Made by a program: the position numbers and the translations under genes. Below are positions 52,256 to 64,000 of a stretch of DNA of 64,000 nt, one piece after another. Position 1 is the first letter of the stretch. The number at the start of each line of letters is the position of its first letter. The notes under the pieces are model-generated. The model saw only the letters and a program-made list of their open reading frames with translations. It searched no databases and was not told the origin of the DNA. The stretch comes from a bacterium (GTDB taxonomy: Bacteria > UBA8248). The stretch covers positions 2,496,001 through 2,560,000 of the forward strand of contig OZ241326.1 in the NCBI GenBank assembly GCA_965199855.1, given 5' to 3'.

Positions 52256-52693
52256 TCAGGACTTCGGAATCGTATAGGCGGAGCACATGCCCTCGACGAC
52301 CGTCTGCCCCTCCACGAGCGCTTGCATTTCAAACTTCCACAGCGTTCTTCTGCTTTTGAGGAGCCTCGCGCGCAGCTGCAGCGAATCGCCGGGAACGACC
52401 GGCCGCCTGAATTTCGCCTTCTCGATGCCGGCGAAGAAGAACTCCGTCCCCCGCTCGACCAGGTTCAGCGCGAACATGCAGATCAGGCCGGTCTGCGCCA
52501 GCGCCTCCACGATCAACACGCCCGGCATGATGGGACGGCCGGGGAAGTGGCCCTCGAAATACGGCTCGTCCGGGGCGACGACCTTCCGGGCGACGATGGA
52601 GATTTCCTCCGGGTCCACCTCGAGCACCTCGTCAACCAGCAGGAACGGATGCCTGTGGGGGATGAGCTCCTGAATCCGCCGCGCGTCCATCAT
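52256..52693 (-). CDS. fabZ: 3-hydroxyacyl-ACP dehydratase
   Basis: [25 protein letters not shown] and FRRPVVPGD motifs. Confidence 0.95.
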   Translation of the reverse strand: MMDARRIQELIPHRHPFLLVDEVLEVDPEEISIVARKVVAPDEPYFEGHFPGRPIMPGVLIVEALAQTGLICMFALNLVERGTEFFFAGIEKAKFRRPVVPGDSLQLRARLLKSRRTLWKFEMQALVEGQTVVEGMCSAYTIPKS

Positions 52694-53697
52694 GACTCCA
52701 GCTCGCCGATCCGCTTTTCGAGCTCCTGAATCTTCTCCGATATTCGCGGCAGATTCCTGAGCACCGCGATTCGCCGGCGCGCCTCGCGAATCTCCGCCGC
52801 CGGAGAGTGCAGATAGACCCTGCCGCCCTCCAGGCTCTTGGGCGCGCCGGTTCTCGCCCCCAGCGTCGCGCCGTCGCCGATTTCGACGTGATCCGCCACC
52901 CCGACGCTCCCGCCCATCACGACGCCGCGGCCGATTCGCGCGCTGCCCGATATGCCCACCTGGCTCGCCAGGAGGCAGTCCTCCCCGATGGCGACGTTGT
53001 GCGCGATCTGCACCAGATTGTCGATTTTCGTGCCGCGGCCGATTCGCGTCTCCCTCAGCGCGGCGCGGTCGATGGTGGTGTTCGCCCCGATTTCCACGTC
53101 GTCCTCGATGACGACGACGCCCGTCTGCGGATACTTGAAGGCGCGGCCGTCCTCATCGGACACATAGCCGAAGCCGTCCGAGCCGACGACGACCCCCGCG
53201 TGGAGAATCACCCTCGCGCCCAGCTCCACGCCGGCGTACAGAACGCAATTCGGATGTATGAAGCACCCGGCGCCCATCCTGACGCTCTCGCCGACGCGCG
53301 CGCCCGCCCCGATATAACAGCCCTCGCCCACCACGGCGCCGGCGGCGACGGACGCGAACGGCCCCGCATAGACGCCCTCTCCGACGACGGCCGCCCCGGA
53401 AACGCTGGCGCCGGGGTCGATGCCCGGCCGGAATTTTCGCGGCGGCCGCAGCAGCGAGACCGCGCGGGCGAAGGAGAGGCGAGGGTTTTTCGAGGAGATG
53501 CCGGGGCGGTCGGCCTTCAGCCCCCGGGGGACGATGAGGGCGCCCGCGGCGGAGGGCGCGCTCAGCTTCTTCGCCGATTCCACGTAGCTCAAATCCTTCG
53601 GCGAGGCGCTTTCATACTCCGCCACGTCCCGGACGTCCAGGCTCCCGTCGCCGATCAACTCGCCGCCGACCAGATTCGCGATGTCCGCAAGGAGCAT
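52690..53697 (-). CDS. lpxD: UDP-3-O-acylglucosamine N-acyltransferase
   Basis: [22 protein letters not shown] and [11 protein letters not shown] motifs. Confidence 0.95.
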   Translation of the reverse strand: MLLADIANLVGGELIGDGSLDVRDVAEYESASPKDLSYVESAKKLSAPSAAGALIVPRGLKADRPGISSKNPRLSFARAVSLLRPPRKFRPGIDPGASVSGAAVVGEGVYAGPFASVAAGAVVGEGCYIGAGARVGESVRMGAGCFIHPNCVLYAGVELGARVILHAGVVVGSDGFGYVSDEDGRAFKYPQTGVVVIEDDVEIGANTTIDRAALRETRIGRGTKIDNLVQIAHNVAIGEDCLLASQVGISGSARIGRGVVMGGSVGVADHVEIGDGATLGARTGAPKSLEGGRVYLHSPAAEIREARRRIAVLRNLPRISEKIQELEKRIGELES

Positions 53698-53698
53698 T

Positions 53699-54289
53699 CT
53701 ATTTCTTCTTCTGGTCGTAGAGTTTGATCACCCTCTCGGTCAGATCCACCTTGGGGCTGGCGAACAAAACGCCGCCCGAGCCGCTGTCCACGATGACGTC
53801 CAGCCCCTCTTTCTTTCCGATTTCATGAACGACGCCGCGAACTTCCTTCAGGGCTTTCGTCAGGGCGGCCCTCTGGCGCTTCTGGAGATCCCGCTGGCTT
53901 TCCCGCACCAGCCGCTTCAGGTCGTCCTGCTCGCGCGCGAAGTCCCTCCTTTCGGACCTCAGCTCGAACGCCTTGCGCTCCCTTTCCTCCTCGCGCCAAA
54001 TCGCGCCCTTCTGCTCGATCTCCGACTGCAAATCCCGAATCTTGTCCGCGAGCCTGGTCAAATCGTCGCGCCTTTTCCTGATGACGCTCTCGAGCTTCTT
54101 CTTCTCCGCGTCCAGGGACGCGCTCGCCTCCCGTCCGCCCTTTGAAGTCCGCAGCACGCGCTGCACGTTCACCACGCCGTATTTCGCGTCCGCCGCTTCC
54201 GCCCCGCCCGCGCAGGCGAGAACGAAAGCCGCCGCGGGAAGCAAAATCAGGAATCCAGATCGCCTCACGACAGACGGCCTCCACGACAA
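53699..54289 (-). CDS. skp: OmpH/Skp periplasmic chaperone
   Basis: Signal peptide, GVVNVQRV, long coiled coil and DLT..VI; lies between bamA and lpxD. Confidence 0.88.
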   Translation of the reverse strand: MSWRPSVVRRSGFLILLPAAAFVLACAGGAEAADAKYGVVNVQRVLRTSKGGREASASLDAEKKKLESVIRKRRDDLTRLADKIRDLQSEIEQKGAIWREEERERKAFELRSERRDFAREQDDLKRLVRESQRDLQKRQRAALTKALKEVRGVVHEIGKKEGLDVIVDSGSGGVLFASPKVDLTERVIKLYDQKKK

Positions 54290-54313
54290 GGGCGGCGCGG
54301 AAAGACAAGCATC

Positions 54314-56629
54314 CTAAAACGCCGCGCCGATGCCCAGATGCGCTTCCCTTCTGCGCTCGCCGGTCTCCCGGTCGAGCTTGTATCCAATGTCGAAGCGCAT
54401 GGGGCCGATGGGCGTCACGATGCGCAGGCCCAGTCCGGCGCCGTAGCGCAAATCATTCACGTCGAACGCATTGCTCGTCTCCCAGACGTTTCCCGCGTCC
54501 AGGAAGGTCGCTATGTGGGTCGGGCCGATGAACGGGTGCCGCAGTTCGACGGAAACGAGGGCGGCGGAGCGCCCGCCTATCGAATTGTTCTGCGCGTCCT
54601 TGGGGCCGAGATCGTTGGAGCGAAAGCCCCGGATGGTGTGCCTGCTGCCGGCATACAGCCGGCGGAACGCGGGCAGATCGCCCTTGAACGCGTCCACGTA
54701 GCGCATGTTCCCCCTGAAGCTCGCGATGAGCTGCCGCAGCCCCCGAAGCCGGAAAGCCTCGCCTACGTTGTGATGCTGCCTGAAGTCGGCCTCGAAGGAG
54801 AACACGTCCACGTTGCCGCCCAGAACCCCGCCCGAAACAGTGGGGGAAAGGCTCCAGAGCGTTCCGCTCGTCGGGAAAATGCGGCTGTTCCGGCTGTCGT
54901 AGTAGAGCCGGGGGATGATTTTGCTTTCGGTGTAGGTTTGTCCGTCCTGCTCGCGAATCGTGGACGCCGCCGTGGCCGCGACGTTGCTGACGCGCGAGGA
55001 GGACAGCTCGTAGGCGACCGAGGCGTTCAGGAAATCGCCCAGCTCCCTGCCGACGGTGACGCGGCCGCCCTTCGTCTCGTTGTCGAAGGTCTCGAATTCC
55101 TGCTCGCCGAAAAACAGCCTGGTTCCGAGCGAGTATCCCGTGTCCCGGAAGTTGGGGTCGATGAACTCCCCGATCACGTCGAAGCGATCCTCGGAAATTC
55201 TGGAGAACAGCGAGCCGATGAAGCCCTTGCCCAGCAGATTCGACTCCCGTATCTCGCCCTGAAGATAGGCACCCTCGTCGCTGTTGACGCCGACGCCGCC
55301 CGTGATGGAGCCGGTCGGCTTCTCCTTCACCTCAATTTCGATATCGAGTATCTCGTCGCTGGCGGGCCGCCGCTTCTCGACGACCTTCACCGTCTCGAAA
55401 TACTCCGTCCGCCCGAGCCGCCGCCGCGTCAGCTCGAGGCCCTTCTTGCTGTATAAAGACCCCTCGACGACCCGGACGTTGCGGCGTATCACGTTCTCGC
55501 GGGTTCGGGTGTTGCCCTTGACCTCCACCCTGCCGATATAGACCCTCCGTCCCTCGCTGATCCGGATGGTGACGTCGACCGTCTTCTTCTCGTCGTTCGT
55601 CCTGGTGGCGGGACGAACCTCGGCGAAGGCGTAGCCGCGATTCGAGAACCGGGCGGCTATCTCCCGCACGTCGGCGATCAGGCGGCTTCTGTTGAAGACG
55701 TCGCCCTCGAAGAGAAGCATCTGCTCCCTGATCTCTTCCGTGGGGATGACGTCCTCTCCGCCGAGAATCTCGATTTTCGCGATGTCGTAGCGCAGGCCCT
55801 CGGTGATGGGTATCGTGATGTCAATCCGGCCCTTGTCGGGAGACTCGCGGACGACGGGCTGCCCGACCTGGATCCTGGCGTATCCGCGGCTCTCATATAG
55901 GAGGCGGATGCGCGCCAGGTCCCTCTGCAGCTCCTCCTCGTCGAATACGCCCGAGTTCGTAACGAAGGAGAAGAAGCCCACCTCGCTGGTCTGCATCGCC
56001 TTGAGCAGATCCCTTCGGGAGACGTTCTCGTTTCCCCGGAAGGAGATCGACTCGATGCGGACCTTCTCCCCCTCGTCGATCAGCAGGGTGACGGCCACGG
56101 CGTTTCGCCCGCTCTCCTTCAGCACGGCCTCCACGCGCGCGAAGTAGTAGCCCTGCTCCTGATACAGCTTGCGGATGTTCCGCACCGTCTCCTTGAGGAC
56201 GGATTCGTTGACGATGGTCTGGACCTTCGCCGTGACGCGCTCGCGGATTTTCTCGTCTTCCACGTTGTTGTTGCCGATGATTTCAATCTTGTTGATCGTG
56301 GGCTTCTCGGCGATCCGATAAACGACGCGGAGGCCGCCCTCGAGAGACTCCACCTGCACCCTGACGTCCCGGAAGAACCCCAGTCCGTATATGGTCCGCA
56401 CGTCCTCGCGTATCTGCCTGACCAGCTCCACGTTCGTGTAGCCCTGGCCTTCCTTCAGCCGGACGTAGAACAGAACCGTGGAGCGATCGACGCGGCGGTT
56501 TCCCTCGACCTCGATGGCCCGGACCGTGATGGCCGGCGAGGGCGCCTGCCCCATCGCCTCGTGAGAGGCGGCGGCGAGCGCCGAGAGGGCCACAAAGGCG
56601 CAGGCGAACGCCTTCACCGCGCAGCGCAT
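54314..56629 (-). CDS. bamA: Outer membrane protein assembly factor BamA
   Basis: POTRA repeats (VEGNRRV, GNTRT), IRGF motif, GLRIVTPIGP and C-terminal Phe. Confidence 0.94.
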   Translation of the reverse strand: MRCAVKAFACAFVALSALAAASHEAMGQAPSPAITVRAIEVEGNRRVDRSTVLFYVRLKEGQGYTNVELVRQIREDVRTIYGLGFFRDVRVQVESLEGGLRVVYRIAEKPTINKIEIIGNNNVEDEKIRERVTAKVQTIVNESVLKETVRNIRKLYQEQGYYFARVEAVLKESGRNAVAVTLLIDEGEKVRIESISFRGNENVSRRDLLKAMQTSEVGFFSFVTNSGVFDEEELQRDLARIRLLYESRGYARIQVGQPVVRESPDKGRIDITIPITEGLRYDIAKIEILGGEDVIPTEEIREQMLLFEGDVFNRSRLIADVREIAARFSNRGYAFAEVRPATRTNDEKKTVDVTIRISEGRRVYIGRVEVKGNTRTRENVIRRNVRVVEGSLYSKKGLELTRRRLGRTEYFETVKVVEKRRPASDEILDIEIEVKEKPTGSITGGVGVNSDEGAYLQGEIRESNLLGKGFIGSLFSRISEDRFDVIGEFIDPNFRDTGYSLGTRLFFGEQEFETFDNETKGGRVTVGRELGDFLNASVAYELSSSRVSNVAATAASTIREQDGQTYTESKIIPRLYYDSRNSRIFPTSGTLWSLSPTVSGGVLGGNVDVFSFEADFRQHHNVGEAFRLRGLRQLIASFRGNMRYVDAFKGDLPAFRRLYAGSRHTIRGFRSNDLGPKDAQNNSIGGRSAALVSVELRHPFIGPTHIATFLDAGNVWETSNAFDVNDLRYGAGLGLRIVTPIGPMRFDIGYKLDRETGERRREAHLGIGAAF

Positions 56630-56680
56630 CAGGACGCCTCGCGAGGGCGAAAAGGGGGCGGTTTCAGCAATTCGATGAAG

Positions 56681-59125
56681 CTACAGGTCCTGGACACTGA
56701 GCACTTCCGCGTCTTCCTTGAGCTCGAACACCAGCTCGTCCCCGGCCAGCTTCGCCAGAATCGTTCCGCCGTCCTGGAACTTGCCGTGCAAAACCTCTTC
56801 GCTGAGGGTGTCCTCGATGTGCCTCTGGATGACGCGCCGCAGCGGCCTCGCCCCGTAGGACGGCTCGAAGCCCTGCCGGGCGATCCAGTCCTTGGCCTCT
56901 TCGCTGAGCTCGACCCGCATCTCTTTTTCCAGCAGCGTCTCGTTGACCTTGGCGATTTCGATGTCCACGATCTTGAGGATGTCCTCGTGGGCCAGGGGAC
57001 GGAAGATGATCACGTCGTCGATGCGGTTCAGGAACTCGGGATTGAAGGTGCGCTTCAGCTCATCGCGGATGCTGTCCTTGATCCTGTCGAAGCCGAGGCC
57101 CGCGTCCGCCTTCTGGAAGCCCAGGGTCGTCCCCTTCTCGATGGAGCGCGCCGCCAGGTTCGAGGTCATGATGATGATGGTGTTCTTGAAGTCGATGTTG
57201 CGGCCGTAGCTGTCCGTCAGCAGGCCGTCGTCCATCACCTGCAGCAGAACGTGATAGACGTCGGGGTGGGCCTTCTCGATTTCATCGAGCAGCACGACGG
57301 AGTAGGGCTTTCTGCGGACGCGCTCGGTGAGCTGCCCCCCCTCTTCATACCCCACGTAGCCGGGGGGCGCCCCGGTGAGGCGGGAGACGTTGAACCTCTC
57401 CATGTATTCGCTCATGTCGATGCGGATGAGCGCGGTCGGATCGCCGAACATGAACTGGGCGAGCATTCTGGCCATCTCGGTCTTGCCCACGCCGGTCGGG
57501 CCCAGGAACAGGAAGCTGCCGATCGGCCTCTTCGGGCCCTTGAGGCCCGCCCGCGCCCGGCGAACCGCCTTCGTCAGGGCGCGCGTAGCCTCCTCCTGCC
57601 CGATGATGCGGCCGTTCAGCTCCTCCTCCATGCGGAGAAGGCGCTCGTTCTCCACCTCTCCGATGCGCTGGAGCGGGATGCCCGTCATGCGGCTCACCAC
57701 GTAGGCCACGTCGTCCTCGGTGACGAGCGGCTCCTCGTCCGTCTGGCCCGCTTCCCACTCCGCCTTCAGCTCGTCGAGCCTGCCCCTGTCCTGCTCCTCC
57801 TGGTCGCGCAGCTCGACGGCCTTCTCGAAGTCCTGCTTTTCGATCATGTCCTTCTTGACGCGCACCGTCTCCTCGATCTGGCGCTGGAGGTCGCGGATGT
57901 TGCTCGGGAAGGTCTCCTTCTCGAGACGAACCTTGCTGCACGCCTCGTCGATGACGTCTATCGCCTTGTCCGGCAGGAAGCGATCCGACACGTATTGCGA
58001 GGAGAGGCGAACGGCGGAGACGATCGCGTCCTCGGTCAGCTGCGCGCGGTGGTGCTTCTCGTATTTGTCCTTGAGTCCCTTGAGGATGCTCACGGTGTCG
58101 TCGGCGGAGGGCGGATCGACCATCACACTCTGGAAGCGGCGCTCCAGGGCGCCGTTCTTCTCGATGTATTTCCGGTATTCATCCAGCGTGGTGGCGCCGA
58201 TGCACTGAATCTCTCCGCGGCTGAGGGCGGGCTTCAGCATGTTGGAGGCGTCGATGGAGCCTTCCGCCGCGCCCGCGCCCACCAGGGTATGCAGCTCGTC
58301 GATGAAGACGATCACGTCCCGGCTCTGCGTGATCTCCTTCATGATGGCCTTCAGGCGCGCCTCGAACTGCCCGCGATACTTCGTCCCCGCCACCAGGGCG
58401 CCCAGATCGAGCTGAACCACGCGCTTGCCGTAGAGAATCTGGGGCACTTCCTTCGAGACGATGGACTGGGCCAGGCCCTCGACGATCGCCGTCTTCCCGA
58501 CGCCGGGCTCGCCTATCAGGACGGGGTTGTTCTTCGTTCTGCGCGCGAGAATCTGGATGACGCGCTCGATTTCCCCCTCCCGCCCGATGACGGGGTCCAG
58601 CTTCCCCTCGTCCGCGAACTCCGTGAGGTCGCGTCCGAACTCATCGAGCGCCGGCGTCTTGCTCTTCTCGCGCGAGCGCGCCGCCACCGGCTCCCTGAGC
58701 AGGTTGATGGTCTGCTCGCGCGTCTGCTGGAGCTTGACGCCGAAGCTGGCCAGAATCTTGGCCGCCAGGCCGTCCTTCTCGCGGACGATCCCCAGCAGGA
58801 GGTGCTCGGTTCCGATGTAGTTGTGCCCCATCAGCCGCGCCTCCTCCACGGCGTATTCGAGCACCTTCTTCGCCTTCGGGGTGAAGGGAATGTCCCCCTC
58901 CACGGGGCCGCTCAGACTCTTGGGGAGGTTGCGCTCAAGCTCCAGCCGGAGCTGCTTGGGATCGACGCCCAGCTTCTGGAGGACGGCGATGGCGATTCCG
59001 CCCCCGTCCTTCAGCACGCCGAGGAGAACGTGCTCGGTTCCCAGATACTCGTGCCGGTAGCGCTCCGCCTCCTCTCTCGCCAGAATGATGACTTTGCGGG
59101 CGCGCTCGGTGAATCGCTTGAACAT
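56681..59125 (-). CDS. clpC: ATP-dependent Clp protease ATP-binding subunit, ClpC type
   Basis: Double Clp-N (GTEH) repeats, [11 protein letters not shown]-type M domain ([11 protein letters not shown]), GPTGVGKT and LGF ClpP loop. Confidence 0.92.
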   Translation of the reverse strand: MFKRFTERARKVIILAREEAERYRHEYLGTEHVLLGVLKDGGGIAIAVLQKLGVDPKQLRLELERNLPKSLSGPVEGDIPFTPKAKKVLEYAVEEARLMGHNYIGTEHLLLGIVREKDGLAAKILASFGVKLQQTREQTINLLREPVAARSREKSKTPALDEFGRDLTEFADEGKLDPVIGREGEIERVIQILARRTKNNPVLIGEPGVGKTAIVEGLAQSIVSKEVPQILYGKRVVQLDLGALVAGTKYRGQFEARLKAIMKEITQSRDVIVFIDELHTLVGAGAAEGSIDASNMLKPALSRGEIQCIGATTLDEYRKYIEKNGALERRFQSVMVDPPSADDTVSILKGLKDKYEKHHRAQLTEDAIVSAVRLSSQYVSDRFLPDKAIDVIDEACSKVRLEKETFPSNIRDLQRQIEETVRVKKDMIEKQDFEKAVELRDQEEQDRGRLDELKAEWEAGQTDEEPLVTEDDVAYVVSRMTGIPLQRIGEVENERLLRMEEELNGRIIGQEEATRALTKAVRRARAGLKGPKRPIGSFLFLGPTGVGKTEMARMLAQFMFGDPTALIRIDMSEYMERFNVSRLTGAPPGYVGYEEGGQLTERVRRKPYSVVLLDEIEKAHPDVYHVLLQVMDDGLLTDSYGRNIDFKNTIIIMTSNLAARSIEKGTTLGFQKADAGLGFDRIKDSIRDELKRTFNPEFLNRIDDVIIFRPLAHEDILKIVDIEIAKVNETLLEKEMRVELSEEAKDWIARQGFEPSYGARPLRRVIQRHIEDTLSEEVLHGKFQDGGTILAKLAGDELVFELKEDAEVLSVQDL

Positions 59126-59135
59126 ACGGCCCTCC

Positions 59136-59870
59136 TTACCTGGTCCGGGCTATTTTTCCGTCCACCACGACGACGACGCGATCCATTCTTTCCGCCATCG
59201 AACTGTTGTGCGTCGCCGCCAGAATCGTCTGCCCGCTCTCTTCGTTAATCTCCTGAAGCAGCTCGAATATCGTCTCCGCGGTCGATGAGTCCAGGTTCCC
59301 GGTGGGCTCGTCCGCGAGGACTACGGAAGGATTGTTCATCAACGCGCGGGCGATGGCAACCCTCTGCTGCTCTCCGCCGGAGAGCTCGCCCGGGCGATGG
59401 CGCCATCTGTCCGCCAGCCCCACCCGGCCCAGCAATTCCCGCGCCCGCTCCTCCGCTTCCTTTTTCCGGGCGCCGCGAATCAGCCCGGGCATCATAACAT
59501 TTTCCAGGCCGGAAAACTCCGGCAACAGGTGGTGAAACTGGAACACGAAGCCCACGCGCTCATTTCGCAGCCGCGCCAATTCCGCTTCCGAGCAGCCGGA
59601 GAGGCTTCTGCCCGCCAGAATCACCTCGCCTCTCGTCGGCCTGTCGAGGGCGCCCAGCAGGTGAAGCAGGGTGCTTTTCCCCGCTCCCGAAACGCCCATG
59701 ACGGCCACCATCTCGCCGCGGCCGACCGCGAGATCGACCCCGCTCAGAGCCGCCACCTCGCCGCCGCCCATCGCGTAGGTCTTCTCGAGTCCCCGGGCGG
59801 CGACGGCCTGCGGCGGCGCGTCTTCTTCCGCGGCGCGTTCCGCCGCCGCCGACGCGCCCGAATCAGCCAT
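59136..59870 (-). CDS. lolD: Lipoprotein-releasing ABC transporter ATP-binding protein
   Basis: [27 protein letters not shown] and ADEPTGNLD motifs. Confidence 0.9.
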   Translation of the reverse strand: MADSGASAAAERAAEEDAPPQAVAARGLEKTYAMGGGEVAALSGVDLAVGRGEMVAVMGVSGAGKSTLLHLLGALDRPTRGEVILAGRSLSGCSEAELARLRNERVGFVFQFHHLLPEFSGLENVMMPGLIRGARKKEAEERARELLGRVGLADRWRHRPGELSGGEQQRVAIARALMNNPSVVLADEPTGNLDSSTAETIFELLQEINEESGQTILAATHNSSMAERMDRVVVVVDGKIARTR

Positions 59871-61131
59871 AGCGGAGGCTTTCCACCGGATCGACGCGAG
59901 AGGCGCGCCACGCGGGATAAAGCGTCGCCGCCAGGCAGATGAGAAAAGCGGCCGCCGCCGTAAGGGAGACGTCAAAAGGCGTCATCCGCACCGGCAATTC
60001 CTCGATATGATAGACGCTGGGGGGCAGGATGTCCAGACCGAACGCGCGCTCCAGGAAATCCTCAACCACGTGGAGGTTCCATCCCAGGACGAGGCCCCCG
60101 ACGACTCCCAGCGCGGCGCCCGTGAAGCCGATGAAGGCGCCCTGAACGAAGAAAATCCTCAGAACGGCGCCGCCCGTCGCCCCCATCGACTTCAATATCG
60201 CGATTTCGCGCCCCTTTTCCATCACCACCATGACGAGCGAGCCTATGATGTTGAAGGCGGCGACGACGACGACGAGAAGAAGAAGGATGGTCAGCGTGGT
60301 TTTTTCCGTTTTCAGCGCGGAGAACAGATGCCTGTTCATCTGCTGCCAGGAGCGCGACCAATACGCCCCCGAGAGCGCGCCCTGAATCCGGCGGGAAACG
60401 CGCTCGGCCGAGAAAATATCCTTAACGCGCAGATGCACGCCCGATACGGCGTCGCCGAACCCGAAGAATTTCTGGGCCTCCCGCATGGAGATGAAGGCGA
60501 GCCCGGCGTCGTATTGATAAAACCCGCTCTGGAAGACGCCCGCCACCCGGAACTTTTTCGTCCGGGGCACCAGGCCCATCGGGGTAACCGCCCCCACGGG
60601 GCTGACCATCGTCACCGAATCGCCCGCCCCGAGGCGCAGGCTCTTGGCGAGCTCGGCCCCCAGAATGACGCCGGGCGCGCCGCCCGCCCCGCCTTTTTCC
60701 GCGGCAAGCTCCTTCAGCGAGGCGTCCTCCATGTATCTCCTGATGTCCGTCACATGAACCTCGAGGGCGGGGTCGATTCCGCGCACCACCGAGCCCGTCA
60801 CCCGCCCCTCGGCCGAGAACATGGCCTGTCCATAGACGAAAGGACTCGCCGCCGACACCCCCGCCTGCCCGCGAACCCTCCGGAGGACGTCCCGCCATTC
60901 GTTCATCAGCGCGTCGCCCGACCTCACCACGACGACATGGCTTTGCGTCCCCAGAATTTTTTCCCGGAACTCGCGCTGGAACCCCGTCATCACCCCCACG
61001 ACGACGATGAGGGTGGCGACGCCCAGCGCGACTCCCAGCACCGATATCCAGGTAGTGAGCGAGATGAAGGCGAGCTTGCTCCGCGAACGCAGGTGTCTGA
61101 GACCGATGAACAGCTCCGTGGACAGCGGCAT
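59863..61131 (-). CDS. Lipoprotein-releasing ABC transporter permease LolC/E
   Basis: GVALGVATLIVV.GVM.GF, W..MN..LF.AL..EK, EIAILKSMGA and YPAWRA motifs. Confidence 0.92.
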   Translation of the reverse strand: MPLSTELFIGLRHLRSRSKLAFISLTTWISVLGVALGVATLIVVVGVMTGFQREFREKILGTQSHVVVVRSGDALMNEWRDVLRRVRGQAGVSAASPFVYGQAMFSAEGRVTGSVVRGIDPALEVHVTDIRRYMEDASLKELAAEKGGAGGAPGVILGAELAKSLRLGAGDSVTMVSPVGAVTPMGLVPRTKKFRVAGVFQSGFYQYDAGLAFISMREAQKFFGFGDAVSGVHLRVKDIFSAERVSRRIQGALSGAYWSRSWQQMNRHLFSALKTEKTTLTILLLLVVVVAAFNIIGSLVMVVMEKGREIAILKSMGATGGAVLRIFFVQGAFIGFTGAALGVVGGLVLGWNLHVVEDFLERAFGLDILPPSVYHIEELPVRMTPFDVSLTAAAAFLICLAATLYPAWRASRVDPVESLRYG

Positions 61132-61133
61132 CT

Positions 61134-62675
61134 TCAGCCCTGACGCCTCCGCATGAGGGGAAAAAGAATCACGTCCCGAATCGAATGCGAATTCGTCAGC
61201 AGCATCGCGAGCCGGTCGATTCCGATCCCCTCGCCCGCCGCGGGCGGCAGGCCGTATTCCAGGGCCTCGATATAGTCCCGATCCATCTCGTGGGCTTCCT
61301 CGTCGCCCGCGGCCCTCGCCGCCTCCTGCTCCTCGAAGCGCGCGCGCTGATCGTCCGGGTCGTTCAGTTCCGTATAGGCGTTGGCGATCTCGCGTCCGGC
61401 GATGATGAGCTCGAACCGCTCCGCCGTATCGGGGTCGTCCTCCCTGCTCTTCGCCAGCGGCGAAAGCGCCTTGGGAAAATCGTGAATGAAGGTGGGCTGC
61501 CTGAGCTTCGGCTCCACCAGCTCCTCGAACAGATACTCGAGGACGCGCGCGTGGCTCATCCCGTCCGGTATGGGGTAGCCCTTCGGAGCGGCGACCTCCC
61601 GCGCGAAAAGGCGCGCCCTCTCCTCGTCTTCGAGAACGTCGCCGGGGGCGCCGCCCACCTCCGCGATGGAGGCCCGCCACTCATGCCTCGCCCAGGGCGC
61701 GCGGAAGGAGATTTCCTCGTCCCCATACCGCAGCGCGTCCCCGCCCAGAATCTCCCGCGCCAGCGCGCCCAGCATCTCCTCCGTCAGGCGCATCAGGTCG
61801 CCGTAGTCGGCATACGCCATATAGAATTCGAGCATCGTGAATTCCGGGTTGTGCTGCGTGGATATGCCCTCGTTCCTGAAGTTGCGGCTGATCTCATAGA
61901 CGCGATCCATGCCGCCGACCACCAGGCGCTTGAGGTAGAGCTCGGGCGCCACGCGGAGATACAGCGGCATTTCCAGCGCGTTGTGGTAGGTCTCGAACGG
62001 CCGCGCCGCCGCGCCGCCGGCGACGGCCTGCATCATCGGGGTTTCGACCTCGAGAAAATCCATGTCGTCCAGAAAGCGGCGCATCGCCTGAATCATCCGC
62101 GCGCGCGCGCGAAACGCCTCGGCCGCGTCCGGATTCGCTATCAGGTCCACGTAGCGCCGCCGGTAGCGCGCCTCCACGCTCTGGAGGCCGTGCCATTTCT
62201 CGGGCAGCGGCCGCAGGCTCTTCGTCAGGAGGCTTATCCGGCGCGCCCGGATGGAGAGCTCCCCCGTCCGCGTGCGGAACACGCCGCCCTCCGCCCCTAC
62301 GATGTCGCCGATGTCGAGCTCCCTGGCGAAGCGAAAGGCCTCCTCGCCGACCTCGTTCATCCGGATGAACAGCTGGATGCGCCCCGTCCCGTCCCGCAGA
62401 TCGACGAAGGCGACTTTCCCCTGCACCCGCCTGGCGATGATTCTGCCCGCCGCCGCGAAGCGCGCCTCCCGCGCCTCGTCGAAGCCGTCCTCCGGAACGC
62501 CGCGAAACTCCCGAACGATGTCGCCGATCCGGTGCGTCGTCTCGAAGCGGTTCACGAAAGGGTTGACCCCCGAGGCGCGAAGCTCCCCGAGTTTCTTGCG
62601 CCGCCGCCGGATCAGGACGTTTTCGTCGTCCCGCTCGTCCGGCGCCGCCGCCTCGTCCGCCGCAGGGCCGCTCAT
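61134..62675 (-). CDS. lysS: Lysine--tRNA ligase (class II)
   Basis: [42 protein letters not shown] and GIGIDRL motifs. Confidence 0.97.
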   Translation of the reverse strand: MSGPAADEAAAPDERDDENVLIRRRRKKLGELRASGVNPFVNRFETTHRIGDIVREFRGVPEDGFDEAREARFAAAGRIIARRVQGKVAFVDLRDGTGRIQLFIRMNEVGEEAFRFARELDIGDIVGAEGGVFRTRTGELSIRARRISLLTKSLRPLPEKWHGLQSVEARYRRRYVDLIANPDAAEAFRARARMIQAMRRFLDDMDFLEVETPMMQAVAGGAAARPFETYHNALEMPLYLRVAPELYLKRLVVGGMDRVYEISRNFRNEGISTQHNPEFTMLEFYMAYADYGDLMRLTEEMLGALAREILGGDALRYGDEEISFRAPWARHEWRASIAEVGGAPGDVLEDEERARLFAREVAAPKGYPIPDGMSHARVLEYLFEELVEPKLRQPTFIHDFPKALSPLAKSREDDPDTAERFELIIAGREIANAYTELNDPDDQRARFEEQEAARAAGDEEAHEMDRDYIEALEYGLPPAAGEGIGIDRLAMLLTNSHSIRDVILFPLMRRRQG

Positions 62676-62738
62676 CGCGCCTCCCCTTTCATTCATCCGG
62701 AGAAATTCCCGTCTTTCCGCCCGCCCCGCGCCCGACGG

Positions 62739-63861
62739 TCAGGCGCGCGCGCCCGCCTTCGCCTCTATCAGGGAGAGGAGGTAGGCGTCGATAAACGGGT
62801 CGATGCTCCCGTCCAGCACGGCGTTCACGTCGGAGCGCTCCGCGCCGGTGCGGTGATCCTTCACCATCCGGTACGGGTGCAGTATGTAGGAGCGAATCTG
62901 GCTCCCGAATCCTATCGTCTTCTTCAGGGCGTGCTGCGCCTCCTTCTCCGCTTCGCGCTTCCGCTTCTCCCGCTCATACAGCTGAGCGCGGAGCAGCTTC
63001 ATGGCGGTGGCGCGGTTCTTGTGCTGGCTTCTCTCGTTCTGGCACGAGACCACGATGCTCGTCGGCAGGTGGGTAATCCGCACGGCGGAGTCCGTGGTGT
63101 TCACGTGCTGGCCGCCGGCGCCGGAGCTTCTGAACACGTCGATTCTCAGGTCGTTCTCGTCAATCTCGATTTCCACGTCATCCGACACTTCAGGGGCGAC
63201 GTCCACGGAAGCGAACGAGGTGTGCCGCTTCGAGCTGGCGTCGAAGGGCGAGATTCTTATCAGGCGATGCACGCCCACTTCCGCCCGAAGGTATCCGTAG
63301 GCGTAGTCTCCCCGGATGATCAGGGTGGCGTTCTTGACGCCCGCCTCCTCCCCCTCGAGAAGGGAGACGAGGCGCGCCTGGTAGCCCCTCTCCTCCGCCC
63401 ACCTCGCGTACATGCGAAAGAGCATCTCGGCCCAGTCCTGGCTCTCGACGCCGCCCGCGCCCGCGTTCACGGAGAGGATGGCGTTGGCCCTGTCCTCCCC
63501 GGAGTCCATGACGAGCTGAAACTCCAGCCGCTCCGTCCGCGCCAGAAGGGAGGCGAGGGCGCTCTCGACGTCGCCCAAGAGCTCCCTTTCGGACGCCTCC
63601 TCCATTTCGAGAAGCTGGAGAAGCTCCTTCTGCTCCCCGAGATCGCCGCTCAGGCTCTCCCAGCCGCGAATCGTCTTCTGAAGAGAGGCGCGCCGCCGCA
63701 GCGTCTTCTGCGCGGCCTCGGGGTCGCTCCAGAAGTCCGCCTCCCCGGCGCGCCTGTCCAGCCCGGCGCGCTCCGCTTCCAGGCGATCGAGGTCAAAGCC
63801 GCCCCCGCAGTTCGAGGAGGCGCGCCTCCAGCTGCTCGCATTTCCTGCGCAACTCTTCCAT
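62739..63861 (-). CDS. prfB: Peptide chain release factor 2 with programmed +1 frameshift
   Basis: MEELRRK...LRGRL, then CTT TGA C at 63798-63792; the +1 frame continues DLDRL... with SPF and GGQ motifs. Confidence 0.95.
63792..63806 (-). other. prfB +1 ribosomal frameshift site
   Basis: GGGGG-CGG-CTTTGAC: internal SD-like element 3 nt before the CUU UGA C slip site. Confidence 0.92.
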
Positions 63862-63931
63862 GGTATCTCCCATCCTTCCGAAGCCGGCCTCTCGGCCTGG
63901 ACGCGCGGCGTCCGCCCGGGCGGTTCTATTC

Positions 63932-63940
63932 ATCATACCA
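63932..63940 (-). promoter_or_regulatory. Putative extended -10 promoter of the prfB-led operon
   Basis: Minus strand reads TGGTATGAT, about 70 nt upstream of the prfB start. Confidence 0.45.
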
Positions 63941-64000
63941 CATCCGGGGGCCCGTCCTGGAGCGATACAGCAGAAGCGCCGCCCCGGAAAAGAAGACGCA

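Noticed and set aside
56561-59248. 895-aa plus-strand ORF opposite clpC
   Set aside because: Antisense shadow of a conserved, codon-biased gene.

Overview
GC-rich bacterial chromosome segment from a diderm (LPS-producing) organism. The left part (1-27 kb) is a metabolic/accessory region. It holds a LeuB-like dehydrogenase, an atypical acyl-CoA dehydrogenase, an SsuD-like monooxygenase, an oxaloacetate decarboxylase-like enzyme, a CocE hydrolase, tRNA-Val(TAC) with an AT-richer NYN/PIN RNase gene directly behind its CCA end, an internally duplicated unknown protein, a broken intradiol dioxygenase, a type IIG-like restriction-modification protein, a TcuA-like flavoprotein, two 2-hydroxyacid dehydrogenases, an aquaporin, an ABC transporter and dapA. 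The right part (27.8-64 kb) is an envelope supercluster: LPS core, heptose and waaL genes, msbA, lptFG, lpxK-waaA-DUF374-lpxB-lpxI-gnnA-like-lpxA-fabZ-lpxD-skp-bamA-clpC-lolD-lolC/E-lysS, and prfB with its programmed +1 frameshift. The best hidden signal is an OsmC-like gene that the ORF track splits in two. It is one frame with an in-frame TGA at the conserved Cys position, followed by a SECIS-like hairpin, so it is a probable selenoprotein. The gene order with clpC between lolD and bamA resembles Nitrospinota/Nitrospirota/Acidobacteriota-type genomes (inference only). All calls come from motif recognition by eye; no database searches were run.
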